From: Candidatus Oxydemutatoraceae bacterium
GTDB lineage: Bacteria; Pseudomonadota; Gammaproteobacteria; Poriferisulfidales; Oxydemutatoraceae
Assembly: GCA_965219575.1 (NCBI GenBank)
Contig: OZ244779.1
Span: 652,769-716,768, forward strand
Length of the DNA: 64,000 nt
Direction: 5' to 3'
Made by a program: the position numbers and the translations under genes. Below are positions 10,432 through 19,262 of the stretch, piece after piece. Below the pieces are notes generated by a model that was not told the origin of the DNA, made no database searches, and saw only the letters and a list, made by a program, of their open reading frames with translations. Each line of letters opens with the position of its first letter. Positions within the stretch are counted from its first letter, which is position 1.

Positions 10432-10508
10432 TGGTAGGCGCGATTGGATTTGAACCAACGACCCCCACTATGTGAAAGTGGTGCTCTAACCAACTGAGCT
10501 ACGCGCCT
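10432..10508 (-). tRNA. tRNA-Val (anticodon CAC)
   Basis: Reverse complement folds as a cloverleaf, anticodon arm ccact-TTCACAT-agtgg, encoded CCA. Confidence 0.95.
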
Positions 10509-10546
10509 ACGGTGCGATCGGGTGATTAGGGGAACCTGCCGAATTG

Positions 10547-10873
10547 TTAGATGTTTTGATCTATAAAAGCAACCAGTTGCGAGTGTGTCAACATACCAAC
10601 TTTGGTATCTTTGACCTCGCCGTCTTTGAATAAAATCAAAGTCGGGATGCCTCTGATGCCGTATTTAGGCGGTGTCTGTTGATTTTCATCCACGTTGAGT
10701 TTAATAACTTTAATCCGCCCTTGATATGTGTGTGCAATTTCTTCTATCAAGGGTGCGATTGCCTTGCAAGGGCCGCACCATTCCGCCCAAAAATCCACCA
10801 AAACGGGTAAATCCGAATCTAATACTTCTTCTTGAAAGTTACCGTCTTTAACTTGATTTATATTGTTACTCAT
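10547..10873 (-). CDS. trxA: Thioredoxin
   Basis: WAEWCGPCK, GIRGIPTL. Confidence 0.98.
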   Translation of the reverse strand: MSNNINQVKDGNFQEEVLDSDLPVLVDFWAEWCGPCKAIAPLIEEIAHTYQGRIKVIKLNVDENQQTPPKYGIRGIPTLILFKDGEVKDTKVGMLTHSQLVAFIDQNI

Positions 10874-11505
10874 AATTACCTATTATATCTTATTACCGAG
10901 AATTATATAGATAACTTGACAGGCTTATTAGCCTGCCTTACCATCCTATCTTTTTGACGCTTCATTGACCTTTCCTACATATGCTTTGTAGCTTAAGCAG
11001 TGTTCCGGTTTATACCAACTACTCTTTAATATCTCCCTATTCAAACCCGACTTTGCTTTCACATGCTTGCCCGGTGTTTTTATTGTCCTTTTCGCCGACT
11101 TAGTCATGCCTGCTGTTTGATAATTGATCGGGAATGACGGACTATGCCTATATTTCCCGTGAAACTTCGGCAATCCGTTGTTGCCCTTGAAAAATCCTTT
11201 ATATACTATCTCTATCGGTTGTAATGATGATTTCACGATATAAGCGGAATAACCTTGCAACCACTTGTCGCAATGCTTTCGCAATGTCGTAAATTGCTTG
11301 CCTAAGGTGAAAAAGTTAAACCGGCTCTCGCCGCAATACTCGTATCCGTCCTTTAACTTGGCTACAAAGTGATTCCAAACATAACGACACGCTCCGGCAG
11401 TTCCGTGTAATTGCCGATGACGTTCTCCCAAAATTTAGTACTAATGCTTAAAGTTAGTTTTTCCGATAAACTAGAGAAGTTAAAAACATTACAGGAGAAC
11501 TTAAC

Positions 11506-11772
11506 ATGAAGAGAAAACGTTTTAGTGAAGAACAAATCATTAAGGCATTAAAGTCAAATCAAGCCGGCATGAAAGTAATCGATATCTGTCGTGATCTAGG
11601 CATCGCCGAACAGACATTTTATCGCTGGCGCAGCAAGTATAATGGCATGGAAGTGGCAGAAGCTAAACGCCTGCGAGAGCTTGAAGCCGATAATAGCAAG
11701 CTCAAGAAGCTATTGGCTGAATCGGTGATGCAGTGTGAAACACTTAAGGAGGTATTATCAAAAAAGTGGTAA
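11506..11772 (+). CDS. IS3 transposase OrfA
   Basis: RFSEEQII, HTH, TFYRWRSKY, leucine zipper; ends at AAAAAAG -1 frameshift motif. Confidence 0.95.
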   Translation: MKRKRFSEEQIIKALKSNQAGMKVIDICRDLGIAEQTFYRWRSKYNGMEVAEAKRLRELEADNSKLKKLLAESVMQCETLKEVLSKKW

Positions 11773-12590
11773 AGCCGGCGCAACGCAAGCAGATTGTCAA
11801 AGATCTAGTGAGCGCGGGTCGGCATAGTGAACGCACTGCGTGTGCCCTTGCCAGTATTAGTCGCACTGCATATCGCTATCAGGGCAATCAAGCCGATAAA
11901 GATCGTCAACTGGAAGTTGCGTTATTGGAGAAGGCAAAGCAATATCCACATTATGGCTATAAGATGTTGCATGCGCTTTTGAAGAGCGAAGGCCGGGTCG
12001 TCAATGTGAAGCGTACCTATAGGCTTTATAAGAAGCTCAGGCTCGAATTGAGAACCAAGAAGCGCAAGAAGCTGTGTCATCCGCGTGGCGTGCCGAAAAC
12101 ACCGGCAACGGTGAATGAGTGCTGGTCAATGGACTTTGTGCATGACCAGTTTAGCGACGGCAGATGCTTTCGGGTATTGAACATAGTAGATAACTTCAGC
12201 CGTGAATGTGTCGGACAGATTGTTGATGTTTCGATCACCGGTCAACGCGTAGCAAACTATCTATCCGAATTGATAGAATGGCTCGGTGTGAAGCCGGCAC
12301 GCATCGTCTGCGACAATGGCACCGAGTTTAGATGCAAGGCGATGTTTCACTGGAGCCGAGATCAGCAGGTGGAATTGGACTTTATCCAACCCGGCAAACC
12401 GACCCAGAATGCCTTTGTAGAAAGTTTCAACGGCAAGTTCCGAGACGGTTGTCTGAACCAGTTCTGGTTTCGTTCAATAAAAGAGGCGAGAGAGATTATA
12501 GAAGCCTGGCGAATAGATTATAATGAAGTGCGTCCGCACAGCGCATTGGGTTATCAACCCCCAAGTGTATTTGCGGAGGCTATAGCATGA
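11766..12590 (+). CDS. IS3 transposase OrfB (DDE)
   Basis: WSMDF, DNGTEF, PGKPTQNAFVESFNG, RPHSAL. Confidence 0.97.
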   Translation: MVKPAQRKQIVKDLVSAGRHSERTACALASISRTAYRYQGNQADKDRQLEVALLEKAKQYPHYGYKMLHALLKSEGRVVNVKRTYRLYKKLRLELRTKKRKKLCHPRGVPKTPATVNECWSMDFVHDQFSDGRCFRVLNIVDNFSRECVGQIVDVSITGQRVANYLSELIEWLGVKPARIVCDNGTEFRCKAMFHWSRDQQVELDFIQPGKPTQNAFVESFNGKFRDGCLNQFWFRSIKEAREIIEAWRIDYNEVRPHSALGYQPPSVFAEAIA

Positions 12591-12888
12591 AAACTAACTT
12601 TGTATATGGTAATAAAAATGGGGTAACGTCACCGATGCTTTTGATAGGTCCCTGGATACAAGCGATATCTGATTATTCTAGGAGTTTTCATTGATATAAA
12701 TTAACATTTCTTTGTCAAGTTATCTATATAATTCCCTTATACTTTATAACTTTATGTTGAAGTTAAGGCTTGATTTGATAGATTGCTCCGTTCGTGCAGA
12801 GCAAACTATAAACATAATGCCCCATAATACTTGCATAAACGCATTATGTCTAGGATTTTTTAATATTGTTCACCCCGAGTAGAAGGAT

Positions 12889-13016
12889 GGGGCAGTTGAA
12901 AATAGAACCGCCAATTGTAGCAGTAGCACAGGTGGTGTGATGTTGTGCAAAACCGCAACCGCTTGCGCCGTTAAATTCATTATAACCACCTGTAGGGGCA
13001 AGATAAAGCCGCCGAA
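12889..13016. repeat. Truncated modular MITE copy 3
   Basis: Degenerate left TIR ggggcagttgaaaa, caaccgcttgcgccg module and start of a GTAG hairpin. Confidence 0.7.
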
Positions 13017-14210
13017 CTATAGACTATATAGATAAAGAGTTAGATCTTCTTGATCCAGATTAAACTCGAATTTACTTAGAAAATCCATACCGAGTAAGCC
13101 GTCGGGAACAAAATCATCGGGCATTTCGGTCACCCCTATAGACATATCGGCGAATTTAATATCGCTGATGCCGAAACTATCCAATGTGATAGTGCGTGCC
13201 TCGACAACATCGCTGACGGTGGTTAGCGTGAGCGGCTTCTCGTCTTTGACCGGCAATTCAACATCGTCTATAAACTTTTGCCTGAGCACCGAGAGAGAGG
13301 CACCGGTATCTATTAAGAGTTCGGCTTCAATCGTATCGTTGATGGTCACTATCGCCAAAAATTTATGCGGCTCTATATATTTGACGGGAATGGCAACAAT
13401 GCCGTCGCCTTCGATAAATTTCTCTATCGTTAACTGGAAATATTGCGCCTTTCTATTCCACAAAGGGTTGCCGACGATTTGGCTTAGACTGGCAAGTGCA
13501 TTGTAATAATCGCCGAGTTTGAATTGTGCCTGCGACAACTTGTAATAATAAGAGGATTGGCGTTCGCTATAATCTTTTTCCACCACCAGACTGTAGAGAG
13601 AAACCAATGAGTCCCACTCCTTTTTTTCTATCAATAGCTTTTCGTATTCGGTGAGTATTTTGTCGATAAACTGGTCTATAGTTTTCTCTTCTATGCTGCG
13701 GTCTCCGTAAATTTTTGCGTCATAGACATTTCCGAGTGCGTCGAAGTGGTGTTCTAAGATATTATTTAGCCGAGCTTGTAGCATTAAGACTTCGGAGTCA
13801 TAGGCGTTGGAATCGAGGTATGCGCCGATTAATTGTTGAGCCTCTTGGTGGCGATGTAACCGTATCAATCTGACCATGCGGGCAATCAAACGACTACGCA
13901 TTTGCTTTGTGAGGTCGCCGCCGGCACGCAGTTCTTGCCTATATATAAGGACTGCCTCTTGGTTATTTTCCTCTATCGCTTTTTCGAATTTCTCTATTAC
14001 GATACTGTTTTTCTCAATGGCTTCTTCGTCATAGATGCTCTCGGTTTGATTATCACCCAAAGCTACGAATTGAGAGTTCTCCGTGTTTTGTTCGGTCTTA
14101 TCCGGTAGCACCGACATCGTTTTGTCAAAGCCGTCATCTTGTGCCGTAGCTAGAAGCCACCCGACTATGAGTCCGGCTAAAAACCAAAAAGTTATATTGA
14201 GTAACGGCAT
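13017..14210 (-). CDS. Membrane-anchored retropepsin-like aspartic protease with TPR-like helical region
   Basis: LLIDTGAS and GLLGMDFL motifs; N-terminal TM; start moved to ATG 14210. Confidence 0.85.
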   Translation of the reverse strand: MPLLNITFWFLAGLIVGWLLATAQDDGFDKTMSVLPDKTEQNTENSQFVALGDNQTESIYDEEAIEKNSIVIEKFEKAIEENNQEAVLIYRQELRAGGDLTKQMRSRLIARMVRLIRLHRHQEAQQLIGAYLDSNAYDSEVLMLQARLNNILEHHFDALGNVYDAKIYGDRSIEEKTIDQFIDKILTEYEKLLIEKKEWDSLVSLYSLVVEKDYSERQSSYYYKLSQAQFKLGDYYNALASLSQIVGNPLWNRKAQYFQLTIEKFIEGDGIVAIPVKYIEPHKFLAIVTINDTIEAELLIDTGASLSVLRQKFIDDVELPVKDEKPLTLTTVSDVVEARTITLDSFGISDIKFADMSIGVTEMPDDFVPDGLLGMDFLSKFEFNLDQEDLTLYLYSL

Positions 14211-14402
14211 TTTTCTGTGTACATCAAAAGTTCTATTATAGGGTATATCGGCACAGATAAAACCGCCACTTGCTCCGGTTGGGCAAGTGGCTTGACATTG
14301 TGCGGAACCGCAGTCATCGGATAACGCATACATTGCAATAGGAGAATGTTGCCTTGCTTTAATCTCTGCTAATAGGTAAAATTCAATGCTTTAGATAATC
14401 AT

Positions 14403-17351
14403 TTGAGTGGAGAGAAATCATTGCCCGATAAAGTCATTGCAGGCGATACCGCCGAAGACGGCAACTTACCTTATTTTGAAGATCACGCTAAACAACAAAT
14501 AAAGCACACAACCTGCTATATGTGTGCCTGTCGTTGCGGGATCAAGGTGACGTTGGAAGATAACAAAATTCGTTTCATACAAGGCACCCGAGAGCATCCG
14601 GTGAACCGCGGCGTGTTGTGCGCCAAAGGCAACGCCGGCATCATGAAACAATGCTCGCCTGCCAAACTCAAAAAGCCTATGCTACGCAAGGCAACCGCAG
14701 ACCGAGGTTGCGGGGAATTTGAAGAAATTAGTTGGCAGAGAGCACTCGATATTTTGGTCGAGCGGCTCGATAAAATCAGGAAAAGCGATCCTAAAAAGCT
14801 TGCTTATTTCACCGGCCGCGATCAAATGCAGGCTCTGACCGGGTTATGGGCGCAACAATTCGGGACAGTCAACTGGGCAGCCCACGGTGGTTTCTGCTCG
14901 GTCAATATGGCAGCCGGCGGCTTGTATACGATGGGATATTCGTTTTGGGAATTCGGCGAGCCGGACTGGGATCGTGCCAAGTATTTCATGCTTTGGGGGG
15001 TTGCCGAAGACCATGCTTCCAACCCGATTAAGATCGGATTGGAAAAACTCAAGCGACGCGGGAGTAAGTTTGTTGCCGTCAATCCGGTGCGCACCGGCTA
15101 CCAAGCGATTGCCGACGAGTGGGTTCCTATCGTTCCCGGTAGCGATGCGATGTTAGCTTTATCTATGGTGCATGTACTATTAAAAAACGAATTATTTGAT
15201 TGGGAATTTTTAGTGAGGTATACCAATGCGCCTTATTTGCTAATCGATAATCCGGGCGGCTCCGACGATGGCTTGGTCTATCGCAACACCGAGGGCAAAC
15301 CGTATATCTGGGACCTAAAAACAGAAAGCGTTGCGGCGGCGGCACTGCGTGGCACACAACCCGCATTGTTCGGCGAATACCGCAGCAAAGAAGGAATTAA
15401 ATTAAAAACCGTATTGACAACGCTTGCCGAACAGTACCTCGACGAAAAATATGCTCCCGAACACGCAGCCGCCATTTGCGGTGTCAACGCCGACACGATA
15501 GAACGCTTGGCACTTGAAATGGCACATATCGCTTTCAAAGAGACCGTAGAGGTGCCGTGCCAATGGGTTGATAGTGCCGGGAGACAGCATGATAGCTTTA
15601 TCGGGCGGCCGGTATCTATGCATGCGATGCGAGGTATTTCGGCACATTCCAACGGCTTTCAAACCTGCAGAGCGATCCATCTGTTGCAAATTTTACTCGG
15701 TGCTATAGATTGTCCCGGAGCATATCGGGCCAAGCCGCCCTATCCTAAGCATATTCCCCCGTCGATTAAACCCGCACAGCAAAGCAAAGCCGGCGAAGCC
15801 CTTCCCGCACCTCCGCTGGGGTTTCCTACTTGCCCCGAGGACTTGGTCATCGACGACAAAGGTCAGCCTTTGCGCATAGATAAAGCCTACTCGTGGGAGG
15901 CACCTTTGGCCAACCACGGATTGATGCACACCGTGATAACGAATGCTGCCAACGGCGATCCCTATCCTATAGATACTCTGATGCTGTTTATGGCGAATAT
16001 GAGTTGGAATTCAACGATGAATGTTGCCAAGATACAAAATATGCTGAAGACTAAAGATGCCGACGGAGAATATAAAATCCCGTTTTTGGTCGTCATAGAT
16101 GCCTTTAACTCGGAGATGGTTCAATTTGCCGATTTGGTTCTACCCGACACGACCTATTTGGAACGCTACGATGCTATATCGCTGTTGGATAGACCGATCT
16201 CGGATCCCGATGCCGTTTGCGACTCTATACGCGCCCCGGTACTAGAGCCGGATCGCGACGCAAGGCCCTGGCAAGAAGTGATGATTGAACTGGCATCCCG
16301 ATTAAAATTCCCGGCATTCCTCAACGAAGACGGCGGTGCCAAATATAAGGACTACAAAGATTTCATAGTCAATTTTGAGAAAGCTCCGGGAATCGGTTTT
16401 CTGGCAGGCTGGCGTGGGGCGGACGGAAGCAAACACTTGCGAGGCGAACCCAACCCCGAACAATGGGCAAAATATATTGAAAACAAATGTTTTATGCATT
16501 ACGAGTTACCCGAACACATGCGCTTTTATCGTTTTGCGAACCGGGACTACCTAGAGTTTGCAAAAGAGGTCGGCTTTAACGAAAGCTCCGAGCCTGTCGT
16601 CATAGAGCTTTATTCGGAGACTTTGCAAAAATTCCGCTTGGCAGCGATGGGTTTATACGACGGACCACAACCGCCGCAACAAAAGGATCGGGAGCGTATC
16701 AAAACCTTCTGCTCGCCGCTACCTTCACACTACACGCCGCTGGAGCAAACTCCGCAAGTACATGATAGTCGCGATTATCCTTTTTATGCCATTACGCAAC
16801 GACCGATGATGATGTATCATTCGTGGGATTCACAAAACCCGTGGCTCAGACAAATCATTGCCAGAAACTTTCTCTATATGAATCGCAAGCGTGCCGAACG
16901 GATGGGCATCGAAGATCTATCGTGGGTGTGGGTGGAATCTCGCAACGCTAAAATTCGTGTGCAGATAAAATTGATGGAGGGTGTTCAGGAAAACACCGTA
17001 TGGACATGGAATGCCATAGGCAAGGCGCGTGGCACATGGGGATTATCCGAGGATGCCAACGAAGCCAACGAAGGATTTTTGCTGAACCATTTAATAGACG
17101 AATTGCTGCCCAAGGATTTGTACGATCGTCCGGTCGCTAATGCCGACCCCGTTACCGGGCAAGCGGCGTGGTACGATTTATGCGTCAAAATCAGTCCTGC
17201 AAACGGAAGCGACGATGGCGTACAACCTCTCTACGAGCCACGGATTAAAGCGATACGGCAGGATAAGGATGCCACATTGCGCTACCAATCGCATAAGGCG
17301 GTGCACTTAAAACGTTCTTTCAAAGACATCATAACCAGAGGACTCAAATGA
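14403..17351 (+). CDS. soeA: Sulfite dehydrogenase molybdopterin subunit
   Basis: TTCYMCACRCG, AAHGGFCSVN, HAMRGISAHSNGFQT; no Tat leader; operon with Fe-S and DmsC-like subunits. Confidence 0.92.
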   Translation: MSGEKSLPDKVIAGDTAEDGNLPYFEDHAKQQIKHTTCYMCACRCGIKVTLEDNKIRFIQGTREHPVNRGVLCAKGNAGIMKQCSPAKLKKPMLRKATADRGCGEFEEISWQRALDILVERLDKIRKSDPKKLAYFTGRDQMQALTGLWAQQFGTVNWAAHGGFCSVNMAAGGLYTMGYSFWEFGEPDWDRAKYFMLWGVAEDHASNPIKIGLEKLKRRGSKFVAVNPVRTGYQAIADEWVPIVPGSDAMLALSMVHVLLKNELFDWEFLVRYTNAPYLLIDNPGGSDDGLVYRNTEGKPYIWDLKTESVAAAALRGTQPALFGEYRSKEGIKLKTVLTTLAEQYLDEKYAPEHAAAICGVNADTIERLALEMAHIAFKETVEVPCQWVDSAGRQHDSFIGRPVSMHAMRGISAHSNGFQTCRAIHLLQILLGAIDCPGAYRAKPPYPKHIPPSIKPAQQSKAGEALPAPPLGFPTCPEDLVIDDKGQPLRIDKAYSWEAPLANHGLMHTVITNAANGDPYPIDTLMLFMANMSWNSTMNVAKIQNMLKTKDADGEYKIPFLVVIDAFNSEMVQFADLVLPDTTYLERYDAISLLDRPISDPDAVCDSIRAPVLEPDRDARPWQEVMIELASRLKFPAFLNEDGGAKYKDYKDFIVNFEKAPGIGFLAGWRGADGSKHLRGEPNPEQWAKYIENKCFMHYELPEHMRFYRFANRDYLEFAKEVGFNESSEPVVIELYSETLQKFRLAAMGLYDGPQPPQQKDRERIKTFCSPLPSHYTPLEQTPQVHDSRDYPFYAITQRPMMMYHSWDSQNPWLRQIIARNFLYMNRKRAERMGIEDLSWVWVESRNAKIRVQIKLMEGVQENTVWTWNAIGKARGTWGLSEDANEANEGFLLNHLIDELLPKDLYDRPVANADPVTGQAAWYDLCVKISPANGSDDGVQPLYEPRIKAIRQDKDATLRYQSHKAVHLKRSFKDIITRGLK

Positions 17352-18061
17352 AGTTAGGATTAGCAATAGACTTAGATACTTGTGTAGGTTGCAATGCGTG
17401 TGCGGTTGCTTGTAAACAATGGAACACTTCGGGTATGACCGGGCCGCTCACCGACTATAACCCTTACGGTAAAGACCCCTCCGGCGTGTGGTTCAATCGT
17501 ATCCGAAATTACGAGGTAGGCGATTATCCGGATAGTAAAACGATTCATTTCCCGATGTCGTGTATGCACTGCGAGGACGCCGATTGTGTCACGGTCTGTC
17601 CTACGGGGGCATCGTATAAACGTCCCGAAGACGGTATCGTATTGGTAGATCAAGAGAAATGTATGGGGTGTAATTACTGCGCTTGGGCATGTCCTTACGG
17701 TGCGCGAGAGTTGGACCGAGAAGACGGCGTTATGAAAAAATGCACCCTATGCATAGACCGCATTTACGATCAAGCATTACCCGAGGAGGAAAGAAAACCC
17801 GTTTGTGTCTTAACCTGTCCTACCCATGCCCGTTTTTTCGGCGATTTCGACGACCCCGACTCGGAGGTATCCAAAATGGCACGCCAACGCGGTGGGGCAC
17901 AACTGATGCCGGAACTCGGTTATAACCCGGTTAACAAATACTTACCGCCGCGCGAAGTCAAGCCGACACCACAGTATCCAAAAGCAACTTCACGGAACAG
18001 CGGCAATAAAGGACTAGTCGGCAAAGTCAAAGATTGGGTCAACCGAGCGATAGACTACTGA
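17348..18061 (+). CDS. soeB: Sulfite dehydrogenase 4Fe-4S subunit
   Basis: Four Cys clusters, IDLDTCVGC. Confidence 0.9.
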   Translation: MKLGLAIDLDTCVGCNACAVACKQWNTSGMTGPLTDYNPYGKDPSGVWFNRIRNYEVGDYPDSKTIHFPMSCMHCEDADCVTVCPTGASYKRPEDGIVLVDQEKCMGCNYCAWACPYGARELDREDGVMKKCTLCIDRIYDQALPEEERKPVCVLTCPTHARFFGDFDDPDSEVSKMARQRGGAQLMPELGYNPVNKYLPPREVKPTPQYPKATSRNSGNKGLVGKVKDWVNRAIDY

Positions 18062-18074
18062 TCTTAAAGCTACG

Positions 18075-19013
18075 ATGCAACCCGCTTTATCGATTATATT
18101 TTTTACTACCGCCTCCGGTGCGGGATTTGGTTTATTCATGGTTCTATCGGCTTATACCTTATTTAATAAGCCCGATGCTACGCTATTCACAACAATGTGC
18201 GGGGTCGGTTTTATATTGATCATCTTGGGTTTGTTTTCGTCTACCTTGCACTTGGCAAACCCTAAAAATGCGTGGCGAGCATTTAGCCGTTTCAAAACAT
18301 CGTGGCTGGCGCGAGAAGCCGTGATAGCCGTCGTGTTCTTCCCCGTTGCCTTACTTTGGATAGTCGGATGGTGGCTAGGTATTGCCGAGCAGTCGTATAC
18401 CTTATGGATAGTCGCTTCTTTATCAACTCTGGGCTTGGCATTGGCTACGGTTTTTTCAACGGCAATGATATACGCTTGTTTGAAGACCATTCCGCAGTGG
18501 CATACCGCAATGACACCGATGAATTATATTTTTTTGGCATTGACGACAGGTAGCCTTTTGATACTTGCGATATTGGAAGCGACCGACACCTATTCCTTAA
18601 CCGTTTTAATCCTCGCGCTGACTTTTGTTTCGCTGGCTGCCATATCAAAACTTATTTATTACGCGTGGATAGGTATTCCCGAGAGTTCCACGATTGCCAC
18701 CGCAACCGGATTCACGCGCGAACCGGTGCGATTACTCGATGTGGGGCATACTTCCGGCACCTTTTTAACCGACGAGTTCGGCTATACGATAACGAAAAAT
18801 AAGAGTTTATTGCTACGCTCTTCGGTTTTTATGCTGGCGTTCATACTGCCGGCATTGTTATTGATCGGTACGATGGCACAGGTACCTAGCGCACTACCCT
18901 TAATGCTTATAGGGTTCTTATCTTCTTTTTTAGGTGTATTGATAGAACGCTGGTTATTTTTCTCGGAGGCACGACACGTCGTAAATCTATACCACGGTAT
19001 CGCCAAGGTTTAA
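18075..19013 (+). CDS. soeC: Sulfite dehydrogenase membrane anchor (DmsC/NrfD-like)
   Basis: PALSIIFFTT, HLANPKNAWRAF, SWLARE, ERWLFF.EA.H. Confidence 0.9.
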   Translation: MQPALSIIFFTTASGAGFGLFMVLSAYTLFNKPDATLFTTMCGVGFILIILGLFSSTLHLANPKNAWRAFSRFKTSWLAREAVIAVVFFPVALLWIVGWWLGIAEQSYTLWIVASLSTLGLALATVFSTAMIYACLKTIPQWHTAMTPMNYIFLALTTGSLLILAILEATDTYSLTVLILALTFVSLAAISKLIYYAWIGIPESSTIATATGFTREPVRLLDVGHTSGTFLTDEFGYTITKNKSLLLRSSVFMLAFILPALLLIGTMAQVPSALPLMLIGFLSSFLGVLIERWLFFSEARHVVNLYHGIAKV

Positions 19014-19028
19014 GACTATTCGATCGAC

Positions 19029-19253
19029 ATGCCGTATTTCATATATAAGATAGATAAGCAAGCAGATAGTATAGAACCATTGGATTGCTTTGTCTCTTTT
19101 AAGGAAGCAAAGACGAAAGTTCGGGAAATACGGGCGAGTTTGAAAAACGATACGATTATTGCGAAAATTATTTTTGCCGATAATCGGGAAGGAGCCGAAG
19201 CCAGACTCAAGGAAAAGCGCACACCGCCGATACTAAAAGAGTGGGAAAAGTAG
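19029..19253 (+). CDS. Small conserved hypothetical protein downstream of soeC
   Basis: 74 aa ORF 15 bp after soeC on the same strand. Confidence 0.7.
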   Translation: MPYFIYKIDKQADSIEPLDCFVSFKEAKTKVREIRASLKNDTIIAKIIFADNREGAEARLKEKRTPPILKEWEK

Positions 19254-19262
19254 GTTATCCTA

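Larger units (their letters stand above)
11418..12631 (+). mobile_element. IS3 family (IS407 group) insertion sequence, 1214 bp
   Basis: TG...CA imperfect IRs (tgacgttctccc / ggggtaacgtca), 4-bp TSD CCGA at 11414 and 12632. Confidence 0.95.
10946..12691 (-). pseudogene. tnpB: Internally deleted IS200/IS605-type TnpB, interrupted by an IS3 element
   Basis: Removing the IS and one CCGA rebuilds MKTPRIIRYRLYPGTYQKHRQLHGTAGACRYVWN; has MTKSAK..VKAKSGLNREIL but lacks RuvC catalytic segments and Zn finger. Confidence 0.85.
10900..12734. repeat. Perfect 22-bp inverted repeat pair (10900-10921 and 12713-12734) bracketing the tnpB remnant
   Basis: gaattatatagataacttgaca versus tgtcaagttatctatataattc. 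Confidence 0.95.

Noticed and set aside
12741-12855. dif/Xer-like site (gcataa-acgca-ttatgtct; ttatgttgaag)
   Set aside because: Central region is 5 bp rather than 6 and the arms match the XerC/XerD consensus poorly.
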